A stretch of DNA of 33,275 nucleotides from Octopus bimaculoides (GCF_001194135.2 NC_068994.1:29810251-29843525), one strand, 5' to 3'. Counted from the stretch's first letter, positions 1 through 11,357 are shown. The notes: a model not told the origin generated them from the letters alone. Made by a program: numbers and translations.

Positions 1-1035
1 AAATTCCTTAGCAGTCCCAGTTGTTCTTTATAGCTTCAATGTGCTCAACTGGAATACCAGTGAAATATTGAAAATTGATAGAAAAATCCGCAAGCTACTG
101 ACTTGTAATAAGATGCACCATCCAAAGGCAGACGTGGATCATCTTTACCTTCCCAGAGCTCAGGGAAGTCGAGGCTTGATCCAGCTTGAACTTACGTACA
201 AAACCACCACAATCGGACTGGCCAAATACCTTGAAACAACCAACGATTGGATGCTGAAACTTGTTGAAATACATGAAAGACCGAAAAAACTTCCCTCTAT
301 TCTGAAAGAGAGCAAAAAATTATTCGCTACTGATCACTTAGATACCTAGCAGATTGATCAGGTTGAAGGAAATGCGCCAACTGCTGCTACAAAAAAAAAT
401 TAAATTAATTGCAAAGACAAAAGCATATGAAGAATTAGCTAGCAGATGGAAACAGAAACCTCTGCATGGCACATATGTGGCTTGTAGCAAACAAGCTGAT
501 GTCGACCAGAAACACACACATCAATGGTTACGATTGCTCAGGACTAAAAGCAGAGAGTGAAGGTTTCATATTAGCTGCTCAAGACCAAAGCTTATTAACC
601 CGGAACTACCAAGCCAATGTGATAAAAAATGGAGCTGACCCAAAATACCGATTCTGTAACGATGAGATTGAAACTATAGACCACCTAATCTCAGGGTGTA
701 GAGTCTTAGAACCTGTAGAATATAAAGCAAGACATGACAGAGTTGGCCAGTATTTACACTGGACAATATGTCAGCATTATAAAATCAAGACCACTGACAA
801 ATGGTATAAACACATCCTGAAGCTGTGACTGAAGGAGAAAATGTGTCGATTCTCTGGGACTTCTCCGTACATACCGATAAAACTATAAAAGCTAATAAAC
901 CGGATATTATTATAAAAGTTCAGACAAAAAATATGTGTTCATTAATTGACATGAGTATTCCTTGCGATCACAATATAGCGGCGAAAGAATTTGACAAGAT
1001 CAGTAAATATAAAGACTTGCTAATAGAAATTGAAA
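1..1035 (+). mobile_element. R4/Dong-clade RLE-type non-LTR retrotransposon, copy A (degraded; late RT/thumb, zinc knuckle, RLE N-part; 3' end missing)
   Basis: Frameshifted ORFs 41-349, 354-560, 466-828 and 825-1160. They contain HHPKADVDHLYLPR..GSRGL, ESEGFILAAQDQSL, a knuckle YRFC-x8-H-x4-C (646-699, first Cys mutated) and RLE motifs ILWDF..KPDIII..LIDMSIP..KISKYKDL. Homology stops at (GGA)6, 1036-1053. Confidence 0.85.
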
Positions 1036-1053
1036 GGAGGAGGAGGAGGAGGA

Positions 1054-1730
1054 TAATCCTTTGTAATAAGTCTGAAAGCACCCCCGTCGCTACTTACCTT
1101 CTAGGTCCAGGAAAATGTCCCTTATCGTGGGATCCAGACCTTTCCGGAACAACACCGTAGTTCCATCCCCCTCCTTATTCCTGGTTGACACGGAGATAAG
1201 TAAACCGCAAATGGGCATGGTAGCTTGTCGACTGGAAATTTGGTCTCACTGATAGCCACATCTATACTTTGTGGCATCTGGGCTTTCTGCCCTTGAATGT
1301 TACGAATAGCTGTGTATCGTTAGGGACACAACTGATTTTTCCTGCAATACAGCCAGCTTCCAGTAGTCTGAGCTATTGAGATTATTGCTGTTGCCAGCTC
1401 ACATTCATTTAATAGAGTTGGTGAAGGAAGAGGAGGAAAGTTTACGGTTGTAAGTGGGGGGGGGTGATGAGAGGAACGCTTCTCCTTCTCAATAACTGTT
1501 GTTGTTGACGCCATCTTGTATATGTATCTTGTTTTTTTTTAAATGCTAAACGAGCGTTCTTTTGGAAGGCGAAATATTGCCTCCCATGGGGCAATATAAC
1601 CACAGATCACTAGTCAAAAGATTTCTAGTGCTCTCAATAGAAAACGACACGAAACGAGTGAAAATAATGGTTTTAAGAAGGCTTATGCTGTAAGTTTGAA
1701 GATGCGACTCACGTACTCCATAACAAATTC
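1054..1730 (-). mobile_element. Multiply deleted L1/Tx1-like LINE remnant (5' UTR, ORF1 pieces, APE endonuclease N-part)
   Basis: Minus-strand translation gives SIDVAISETKF..VYLSPCQPGIRRG/GTTVLFRKGLDPTIRDIFLDLEGK (about 1070-1268), resembling APE motifs. Upstream is LFVTFKGRKPRCHK (pre-zinc-knuckle-like) and ORF 1320-1514 (MASTTTV..). Hairpin at 1574-1597 lies in the putative 5' UTR. Confidence 0.5.
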
Positions 1731-1780
1731 AATAATAATAACAATAATACTACTACTACTAATAATAATAATAATAATAA
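1731..1780. repeat. (TAA)n/(TAC)n microsatellite
   Basis: Direct reading; abuts the 5' end of Dong copy B. Confidence 0.95.
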
Positions 1781-3187
1781 TGGCAGTGATCTGGCCTCGG
1801 ACTGTCACAACAGATCATATACACGGTGTGCGCAAAAAGAGACATAAGTGGACGGAGGAAGAGTACGATATACTTATTGAATGTCATGAAAGAGCAAAGC
1901 TGGAAAGAAGTCGCTGAGTAGGCCGACGTACCTTGAAATTTTGGATAGAAAAGGATATAGGTTCAATGTCAGAAAATAAACTAATGAACCAAGTGAGAGT
2001 GGTTAGGAGGAAGCGTTACTTAACTGGAGTAGAAATATCTCGGATTAGTGAGAGTCTGAGAGACTCTGCAGATGGGCTACAAAGGATGGTCGGAGTTGAA
2101 AACAGAGAGGTAGAAGTTGAAAACAGAGAGGTAGGAGTTGAAAGCAGAGAGGAGAGTAGACAGGAGGAACAGGGTAATGGTGATGGGGCTTTTAAGGATG
2201 AGGAACAGGAACGTTATACAGTGAACCCTGATACTGTTGTGGGTGGGCATGAAGGAGAAATGAACCAACTAAAAAATGAATTGCTTGAAATTGAAAGACG
2301 ATTCACCGACTTGATGAATGCGCCAGAAGAAAAAAATCCCCATGAATATGAGGATAGATAGGAGTATGATAAATAAAGTAACACAAAAGATAAATACTGT
2401 CATGCCATACATCCAGACGGAGGCCATAACACAAACAGGGAATCTTCTCCGAGCTATTGCGCTACTTGTTGAGGAGAAATTACAACTTAAGAGAACAAAG
2501 CATGGCGGAGCAAAAGAATCATGGTGGAAACGATGCATTGAAAGGGACATAATGCGGGCAAGGCAAGATCCAGGAAAAATTGACCAATGGTTAAGAGGAA
2601 ACTGGAAAAATTGGAAAAAGACCGACCGAGAAAAATTAGAGGAGAAATATAAAGAACGGGTTTGATACAGTAATAGAGCAGTTAAAACAGAGGATCATGG
2701 CAAAAGGCTAGAAGATCAGAAGATTTGTGAACAGAAAGAAGCAGTTCGAAGAGAACAGATTGTTAAAAAATAACTCGAATCAATTCTTCCGAACGTTAGG
2801 AGAGAATGGGGAAAATGTTGTTCCTGATCAAGCCAAGGAGTTCTGGAGCGGATTATGGAGAAACAATGTGGTGCATAAAAGGGATGCAATGTGGATAGGA
2901 ACTATCAAGACAGAATTACAAGGAGGAAAGAAACAAAGGAATATTGTCATAAGCACGGGTGATGTGAAAGAACAAGTGGATAAAGTGCCTAACTGGAAAG
3001 CCCCCGGACCAGATGGGATTCATGGCTTTTGGCTGAAGAGATGCCACGCGGTGCATGAAAGTCTAGCAGCCTTAATGGGCACAGCGCACATCTTAAGGAA
3101 AGTATTATCTGTCTGAGGTCTTTGTTGTTACTTGACAGATGACTAAAGTTTCCGGTGCATTTTTGCCTACACTGTGTTACGAAGGAG
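1781..3187 (+). mobile_element. R4/Dong-like element, copy B, internally deleted (N-terminal domain to start of RT, joined to last ~15 codons and 3' UTR)
   Basis: RKKRHKWTEEE..ECH, SENKLMNQVR, WWKRCIERDI, KEFWSGLW, VPNWKAPGPDGIHGFWLK..HESLA, then immediately ALMGTAHILRKVLSV* (stop 3114-3116). About 70 bp of UTR follows, then (TAA)6. Confidence 0.8.
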
Positions 3188-3206
3188 TAATAATAATAAT
3201 AATAAT
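3188..3206. repeat. (TAA)6 separating Dong copies B and C
   Basis: Direct reading. Confidence 0.95.
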
Positions 3207-3523
3207 CATGCCTCCTCATTGATATGACTGTCCCAATCGATATAAACGTATCTGTCAAGACCTACCAAAAACTGAGCAAATATAAAGATCTTGAAATAGA
3301 AATTAGCAAGATGTGGAATCTGAAGACGAAAACAATACCTATTGTCATAGGTGCCCTGGGAATGACAGCGAAACGGGCTGATTACTACCTAGCTCAGATA
3401 CCAGGAAACCCCAAAATGGCTGAAGTTCAAAAGATAGTGCTCATGGGAACTGCCCATATCCTACGTAAAATATTGTCTATGTGATCTCAAATTTTAAAGC
3501 AAACACATAATTTTCTTATTGTT
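3207..3523 (+). mobile_element. R4/Dong-like element, copy C, 5'-truncated (RLE C-terminus and start of 3' UTR, runs into gap)
   Basis: CLLIDMTVPIDINVSVKTYQKLSKYKDLEIEISKMWNLKTKTIPIVIGALG..MGTAHILRKILSM* (ORF 3224-3484), uninterrupted, so probably the youngest copy. Confidence 0.85.
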
Positions 3524-3902
3524 NNNNNNNNNNNNNNNNNNNNNNNNNNNNNNNNNNNNNNNNNNNNNNNNNNNNNNNNNNNNNNNNNNNNNNNNNNNNN
3601 NNNNNNNNNNNNNNNNNNNNNNNNNNNNNNNNNNNNNNNNNNNNNNNNNNNNNNNNNNNNNNNNNNNNNNNNNNNNNNNNNNNNNNNNNNNNNNNNNNNN
3701 NNNNNNNNNNNNNNNNNNNNNNNNNNNNNNNNNNNNNNNNNNNNNNNNNNNNNNNNNNNNNNNNNNNNNNNNNNNNNNNNNNNNNNNNNNNNNNNNNNNN
3801 NNNNNNNNNNNNNNNNNNNNNNNNNNNNNNNNNNNNNNNNNNNNNNNNNNNNNNNNNNNNNNNNNNNNNNNNNNNNNNNNNNNNNNNNNNNNNNNNNNNN
3901 NN
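3524..3902. other. Assembly gap (N run). Other gaps: 12064-12073, 16875-17048, 17216-17225, 20436-20754, 21191-21656, 23522-23774, 26877-27418, 30124-30221
   Basis: Runs of N, mostly flanked by microsatellites or SINEs. Confidence 1.
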
Positions 3903-3930
3903 AAAGCACGTTATAAAAATAAAACTACTG

Positions 3931-4069
<139 letters not shown>

Positions 4070-5340
4070 GTTAACAACATGAAGGAAAAATAAAAACGAA
4101 AAGAGAGTACTTGCGGCTTCAAAAATATTGGCTTCAAAGATACTGGCTTCAAAGCTGAATGCCAGACACACAATTTCGGCAATAAACTCGCGCGCAGTCG
4201 CAATAGTTCGGTATGGAGCTGGAATCCTGAAGTGGACAAAGGAGGAGCTAAAGGAGAGGGACAGCTTCTGACAATGCATGAAGCCCATCATCCACGTGCA
4301 GACATTGATCGCCTATATATGAAGTGAGCAAATGGAGGAAAGGGACTGATAATTGTGGAAGACAGCGTACCTATCGAACTCGAGAACTTAACGAGATACT
4401 TATCCCAAAGAAGGAAACCTTGCTAGTGTCAGTTTGGAATGAGAGAATTGAAAGCAGAGAAGAAAAAAAGGAAAAACAAGCGAAGTACAAAAAGGACATG
4501 AAGAAGCATTACGCAGCAAGGGACTACTCAATTAATTCTATGTAACAACAGAAGTTGCTGGAAAAAATAGGTGGAATTGGCTGAAGAAAGGAACACTAAA
4601 AATAAAAAAAAAAGAGACCGAGAGCACTATACTGGCAGCGCAAGACCAAGCTTTGAACACGAATTGGAGGGTCAACCTTAGGAATGAGCAAATATCTCCG
4701 CTATGCCGCATCTGTAATAGAGTGGATGATTATATTGCTCATATCACGAACGAATGCCCTAAACTTTCCCAAAACCTCTAGAAGTTGTGGCGATACGATC
4801 AGGTAGTGAAAGCGCTACATTGGAAACTGTGCGAAAAATGGGGCTAGAGAGAAGCAAGACGTTGTATGAGCACAAACCGCAGAGAGTGACGGAGTCGGGG
4901 ACTATCAAAATCCTCTGGGATTTCCCAATCCAAACAGATCAGGTGCTAGAGCATAAAAGAGCGGACTTAGTAGTGATCGACAAGACGTATCACATGTGTT
5001 ATATAGTTGATATTGCATGCTCCTTTGACCCACGAATAGTCAAAAAGGAAGGCAAAACGTATATGAATACAACCTTCTTAAGTACGAAATAGCCCGGCTA
5101 TGGAATATGAAGACAGTGAAGAGAGTGCCAATTATTGTTGGGTCCTTGGGGACAGTATCAGGAGGCATCAAGAGAAATATAAAGGAAATTGGAATAAGGT
5201 TTGCCTCCTTACCACGGCCAGAATAATCAAGAAAGTATTAGATAGCTGAAAAGAACGGATAGCATGGTACCGTAGGCTGCAAGTAGCAAGCCCGCTTCGC
5301 ATGCAAGACTCCAGGAGTTCCAACAAAACCTGTGATAAGG
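4070..5340 (+). mobile_element. R4/Dong-like element, copy D, 5'-truncated and degraded (thumb, CCHC knuckle, RLE, 3' UTR)
   Basis: ILASKLNARHTISAINSRAVAIVRYGAGILKWTKEEL; HHPRADIDRLY; ESTILAAQDQAL; CRIC-x8-H-x4-C (4704-4757); ILWDFPIQTD..KRADLVVIDK..IVDIACSFD; VPIIVGSLG. Many stops and frameshifts. Confidence 0.85.
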
Positions 5341-5400
5341 AGAAAGAAAGAAATAAAGAAAAAAGAAGAAGAAGAAGAAGAAGAAGAAGAAGAAGAAGAA
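5341..5400. repeat. Purine tract with (GAA)12 at the 3' end of Dong copy D
   Basis: Direct reading. Confidence 0.95.
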
Positions 5401-5569
5401 ACCTCAGGATAAATAGCTAAAAAATTATCTTAAAAATTCAAAATTTGGACAAATGGAAATAGTAAATGAAGCAAGTTAACCCGTTTTTTTTCTACCTCAA
5501 AGTCAACCGCAACTTCCATAACTGAAACTACTTAAACCTCAAAAGTTTTTGTCACATATTTTGAGTTGC

Positions 5570-5638
5570 TTGACCAGCTTGACCAGATTGACCAGCTTGA
5601 CCAGATTGACCAGCTTGACCAGATTGACCAGCTTGACC
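5570..5638. repeat. Minisatellite of 9-bp TTGACCAG(C/A) units, strictly alternating (18-bp higher-order unit)
   Basis: Seven full units in the order C,A,C,A,C,A,C plus a partial TTGACC. Confidence 0.95.
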
Positions 5639-6405
5639 GGTACTAACTCTAGCAAAGAACAAACATGTTTTAGGTCTCCTATTGCTTTGTTTCTTTTCTT
5701 GTCAACGTCTGCTGAATTTATCGGGACAAGGGGCGGCCAGTCTGAGAAATGGGCCCGACGAGGTAAAGTGACTGCTGCAGCGAATGTCGCTGGCCATTCT
5801 ATGCTGCAACAGATGTGTGCCCCCATCGTCCCCACCTCCATCTGCTGTTGCTTTATTTTTTTCTGTTTCTTTGAATTTAAATGTTATAATTTAGAATATG
5901 ATCTGTTGCATAATAGACTACACAAATAAAGCATTCTGACTTTAATGATGTTTCTGTTTTATACTTCTCAATCTATCTGCATGCCTGTCTATCTGTTTCT
6001 CCATTTCTGACTCTAACTCCTCCCTTCTCATTACCTATCACTGTCCTAAACTCAATTCATGGGAACAGGTAACTATTAACATTTAAGAACGGCACAACAT
6101 AGAAATTTCTCTAACACGAGATCCACAATTAATAGCAAACTCACACACACACACACACACACGCATCTACATAAGTAAATAGATACGCGTTTATAAATGG
6201 CACAACAAAGGTCAAATAGAAAAGCACTTTATGCAGTTGGGACAAACTGTGTTGAGTTATGTCCTATATTTCCTATGAAATATCATTTAGTAACAAGAGT
6301 GATTCTTTCTATATATGAAATATCATTTAACTACAAAAAACACTTTATTACAATGAAAACTGTTGGAGGTGTTTAAAAATAAGAGGAGAGAAAAAGAAAA
6401 CAAAA

Positions 6406-6407
<2 letters not shown>

Positions 6408-6476
<69 letters not shown>
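6408..6476. repeat. (GAT)n microsatellite
   Basis: Pure GAT run; source of the poly-Asp ORF 6363-6575. Confidence 0.97.
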
Positions 6477-6479
<3 letters not shown>

Positions 6480-7021
6480 AAGCCAGGGCCTTTTCAGTTA
6501 ACCCTGTTTTATTGGTTGTCGTATACCTACCCCTTGCCAGTAGGGATAAAATGGAAACTCAGCTGTAATGTATAATGCTCAAACCACCTCAAATATAACG
6601 CATCGGATTATCAACGGGTTATCAACGGTTATCGCGCGGATTACCAACGGTCATGTCCCGCAATTAAGGACCACACAACTTTCATTATACTAGTCTAGAT
6701 GGTAATCAGAATCGGAAAACCGCAACTATGAACCGCTAGAACATCCACTGCCAAATAATATCAGAACTCACACTGTAAAATGGTAATTGACCAGAGAGCA
6801 CTATAAAGAGGTCATGGTAGTGTTCTATACAGCTCTGAACAGACCTCTAAAACAGCATCACCGAACAGACAAATATAGAATGAAGAAAAATTCTTGGGAA
6901 AAACACGAAGTTAAACGTGGACACAATAGGTAACATTCGAAAGGACACATAGAGAAACCACTGTTTCATACAGGCGGAACTAGAGCAAATAGATTGGAGG
7001 GAAGGCGTTGATCCAAAACTT

Positions 7022-7084
<63 letters not shown>

Positions 7085-7102
7085 AGGGGGGAGAATGAGA
7101 GA

Positions 7103-7138
<36 letters not shown>

Positions 7139-7178
7139 AACAGACAGGTAGACAGAAATACAGAGAGACAGACAGACA
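7022..7178. repeat. (GATA)n/(GA)n/(GACA)n compound microsatellite
   Basis: Direct reading. Confidence 0.95.
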
Positions 7179-8067
7179 GCAAATGTTACATTATTCATGG
7201 TCACTTTCTCAAAGTTCTTTCTCTCTCCCTCTTTCTTCCACCCTTTATCTGCTCTCTTTCTTTCTTTCTCATTCTATTATATAATATCTATCCTTACCTG
7301 CAAATTTCCAATCCGATTGAAGTAGAATTCTTCAACTGTTTGTTAGTCTCTTCACAACCGACTTTCTTCCTTTTGCCTTTTAAGCAATTCTCCTGTCACA
7401 CTCTGCAACAAGTGAAGTTAGTCATTGACCACCGCCCTGATAATATGGCCGAAATTAATGACACCGTCGTTGAATAAATCTTTAACACCGCATAATATAG
7501 CTCCGGGCTTGGTGAAACTAATATTTTTGTAACTAACCACACTACGATATGTCTGTTCGATAATGGCTGACTTGGTGCTAAACAAAATGGAAATCTGCCC
7601 ACGCAAAAAACGAGCCACCTACTTTCCACCGTTAACAGTAAAGTTGGTATGAATGATTGTTGTTTGAATGTGTGTGTATGTATATCTGTGTATATATGTG
7701 TATATATGTGTATATATGTGTGTATATGTGTTTGCATATGTATGTCTCTTATGTGTGTGGTGAGGTGGAGTATTATATGTTAACAAAGTTTCGATGATGT
7801 AAGAACTTTGCCCTGGTAACGGTCCGTGTAAATAGATACCAGTAAGCTAGTATCCCATCAAACACTAGCACACCGTATAGTATTACCTAAGTGTGGTACT
7901 GTTGTATATGACTAGTTGGAGGAAGTCTGGCAGATATCAACCAAACCCTCAATTAGTGGTATGCTATGGATTTCTGGAAAGAAAATTTCCTTAGTCATTT
8001 ACAGTCATCAATGTACACATTGAACAAAGCATGCACAAATACACATAACGGACAATTTTATTTACTT

Positions 8068-8120
<53 letters not shown>

Positions 8121-8124
8121 GTTA

Positions 8125-8168
<44 letters not shown>

Positions 8169-8486
8169 GGTACACGCACTTACATTCCTCCTTATAACCA
8201 TAAGCACATGTAATATTGTATTGAAATACGCACACGCACACTCATGATGTATACATACATGTATGTATGTATGTATGTATATACTTTTGTATGTATATGT
8301 ATGTAAGCGTGTATGTATGCTCTTATGTATATTTACACATCTCGCACTCAACACACAGCTAACCGGATATAATTGATATTTAGTCTCCATTAATTTTTTT
8401 ATGCTCGTCAAGTTTAGCGGAAGCTGCTTAAGTTAATTTGTAGCCAATGCAACTCTCACTCAAACAAACCGATACATCTTCAGCCC

Positions 8487-8518
<32 letters not shown>

Positions 8519-8710
8519 TTCTCTGTCTCTCTCTCTCTCTCTCCCTCTCTCTCTCCCTCTCTCTCTCTCTTTCTCTCTCTCATTGTCTCACACACACTCT
8601 CTCTATCTCTCCTTCTCACTCTTTCTCTCTCATACACACACTCACACAAATACACACGCACACACACATACACACATACACACACAAACAAATACATACA
8701 AACAAGCACA
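8068..8710. repeat. Microsatellite cluster: (GATA)n, (TA)n, (TGTA)n, (CT)n, (CA)n
   Basis: GATA about 8068-8118, TA about 8127-8162, CT/CA about 8486-8710. Confidence 0.9.
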
Positions 8711-8869
8711 TAGACATGTACATGCCGAGAAACACTTGAATTTAACCACGAACGTCTCATATTTTTCTGAGCACAAGCACATACATTTATACATATAATG
8801 CATATTAATTCATTGCATATTCACAAATAATCACGTATTTACCTTATATACATTTATTGAGTTATTTTA

Positions 8870-9965
8870 TATCCCTATTTGTGAGCAATTGCGTTGGCAA
8901 AACCATCGTGGTTTACAAATGGAGACAAGAAGATTCCGTAAAGTTGGAGAATGTTTTGGCAAGTGGCCAAAAGAATCGGTTGAGAAACGAGGAAGCTTAC
9001 TGACTATGAATTGCACATAGATTTTCTTCGAATTTCGGATAATCGTTTTGAAGTATTAAGGTGCTGGACAAAAGTCATCCAGTTTGGAGAAATGGGGTTA
9101 TCTTTTTCAGGTATTATAGGATTGTAGGTCGTTTTTTTTTCCTGAACTTGAAGCCACGAGTTATTTTGTTGTGTGTAGAGTATGAAGGGACTTGCCGGAG
9201 AGGGTGGTTTCAGTTGTCCATATCTAGCTGCTTCTAACAGGTCAAGGATGAAACAAATGTACTGCTAATGATAGTCAGCATAGACCTGGTGCAAATGTCC
9301 GTAAGATGGTGTTACTTAGTACGTATATTCGTGGTCTTTTGTTTATGCTAAGACAGTTGTAAGACTATCCAAAAGGAGCAGTGCAGGTGATGGTTCGGTA
9401 CAAATTAGAATTGGAGGTGAGAGAAGGACTTTTGAAGTATGTTTATCCGCAGGGATGCGGATAGGAGCTAAAACCATTTGAAAAAGAAAATTAAGAATTG
9501 CAAGCACCAGGTGAGGGGAATGAGTGTTGAGAGCTAAGAAGAGTTGCGAGTGTTGAACTCACTAAGTACGTTAGCTTCAGAGAGGGTCAAAGTAAGATAA
9601 ATATCCTTAATGCAGGAAGAAATATGATTGCAGAGTTGTAGGTGACTCAAGGAGTTTGAAGGGTGAGTGGCAGAAGGTGTTTTTGGTGGAGTGACACTTA
9701 GGCAAAATCGCTAAAAATATTTTTTGCTGTAGGTATCCAAGTAAGACAGGTGAAAGTGGTATCTACTTGTGCGCAGAAAACTTCTCTCAGAGTAAAATTT
9801 GAATACAATGTGTAGCCTGGAGAGAAGAGATGGGCTTGAGATAATGGTTTGAAAATTTGTGCATTGAAGGGGAATAGACTGTCTGGTTTACGTGTTAAAA
9901 AGATGCAATGTGTGGATACGAAGTTGGATCGGATGTTACAAAACAAAAGAGAGAAAGGCATCCAG
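8870..9965 (-). mobile_element. Degraded CR1/L2-group LINE, APE endonuclease and linker region
   Basis: Minus strand: FSLLFCNIRSN (APE start, ORF 9698-9961), EANVLSEFNTRNSS*L (degenerate ILGDFN..W motif) and FWPLAKTFSNFTESS..VNHDG (linker preceding RT). Confidence 0.65.
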
Positions 9966-10593
9966 CAAGCTTAATTTTCGTTTTTGTCATCCAGAAAACA
10001 TTCCAAAGTTTTCACCCCTTTAAGTATACAACAGTTTACGATGGAGAATAACATTTGTTATATCAGAAGTATGCTTCATTTCTGCCGTTTTTTGACCACA
10101 GAAGGTTAGCATCTAATATAGATATTGGATTCTGTTGATCTTCAATTAATATTTACCCTTCCAATCCATTCGAAGTTACTCTTCTTAATATTGCTATTTT
10201 CTTAGTCTCCGGAATATCTGTAATTTGAGCTCAACCATTCACTAATAAGTAGGGACGTAAAATCTGGTATTCGATAGTCATCACCATTGCCTTAAGTTTC
10301 TACTTTACTATTCTTCAAATAATAGACTGTACAAAACCATAATCTTCTCTCAGAACGTATGGACCAACTTCCTTTGTAGTCAACGGCTTTCATAGAGTGC
10401 ATCGGTGCGATAATTCTCTGCTTTGTATTTGGTTCGAATGATTGCAATACATCGAACTTCGCAACATAAATTTATGAGTTAAAAGATAAGTAATATTAGA
10501 GTGAGAATCATAATTTATTTATCACTCAAAAAGAGAGCTGGATCTCTCTTTGCTATATACATGTCGATATTAGATAAACGACGATATAGAATT

Positions 10594-10636
<43 letters not shown>

Positions 10637-10879
10637 AAATATACATATACTTTTCTTGCTGGATTGCGTGTTCGTTTCTCTTTTTGCCATCTGTGATTTT
10701 ATTTTTGATCTTCTATATAAATGATGACATTTCCTCCGTCCGGCTACTTTTCTCTCTACAAAACGGACACTTACATTTCGGAACAGCCATTTTAACGAGT
10801 TGTATTTATATATCACTCCTTATTTTGATATACACATATTTTCTCTACTCTCTATCCACTTAATACTATTACTACATTC

Positions 10880-11290
10880 TCAAAATTTCACCAATGCCAT
10901 AAGACCCATTTGAATGAACAGCACATGGAATCTACGTCTCTACACTTCCCATTTGTAATGACAAAATATGAACTCCTATCTGAATTTACATACCATGAGC
11001 AAGTAACATTTCTACTACTTCTACACATCACTTTCTTTGCATAATGGAACTGCAACTATAACATCCTACATATATTTTTAGTATTAGTTTTACTCTCTTA
11101 TTTCCCTTTATACTTCTTATTTCCATCCTTTTCCAAAATAACTCCTAATATTGAACTCTATTTCCCTCTATTTAACCATCTCACATCGTCTTTGATGAAG
11201 GGATATCTCTAATATCCCAGAAACAGCTGTAAGATTAACTTTCTCTTTATAAATATCCTGAAAATTCCACGCAACCACGGCTTTGGTGTC
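10880..11290 (+). mobile_element. Probable Penelope-like element 3' remnant (pseudo-LTR)
   Basis: Pyrimidine-rich tract followed by a hammerhead motif. Upstream FTNAIRPI*MN loosely resembles the PLE ORF end (..P.GLN). Boundaries approximate. Confidence 0.45.
11188..11235 (+). ncRNA. Minimal type I hammerhead ribozyme-like motif (PLE type), two core deviations
   Basis: gtct-TTGATGA-a-GGGATAT-ctcta-ATATCCC-a-GAAA-C-agct-G-TA/agat. Perfect 7-bp stem II, palindromic stem III, GUA cleavage triplet and 4-bp stem I. Deviations: C3>T and an A.A mismatch at 10.1-11.1. Confidence 0.65.
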
Positions 11291-11305
11291 TTATTTTATT
11301 TACCA

Positions 11306-11357
<52 letters not shown>

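Noticed and set aside
5477-5490. TTAACCC, a possible piggyBac left end (also about 6498)
   Set aside because: No matching GGGTTAA right end or transposase nearby.
5570-5638. CRISPR-like regular repeat
   Set aside because: Units are 9 bp and contiguous with no spacers; eukaryotic context with no cas genes.
6363-6575. Poly-Asp acidic protein
   Set aside because: Translation of a (GAT)n microsatellite with unremarkable flanks.
6740-7021. A-rich, LINE-3'-like segment ending in (GATA)n
   Set aside because: No protein motif that I can recognise with confidence; left unannotated pending a Dfam search.
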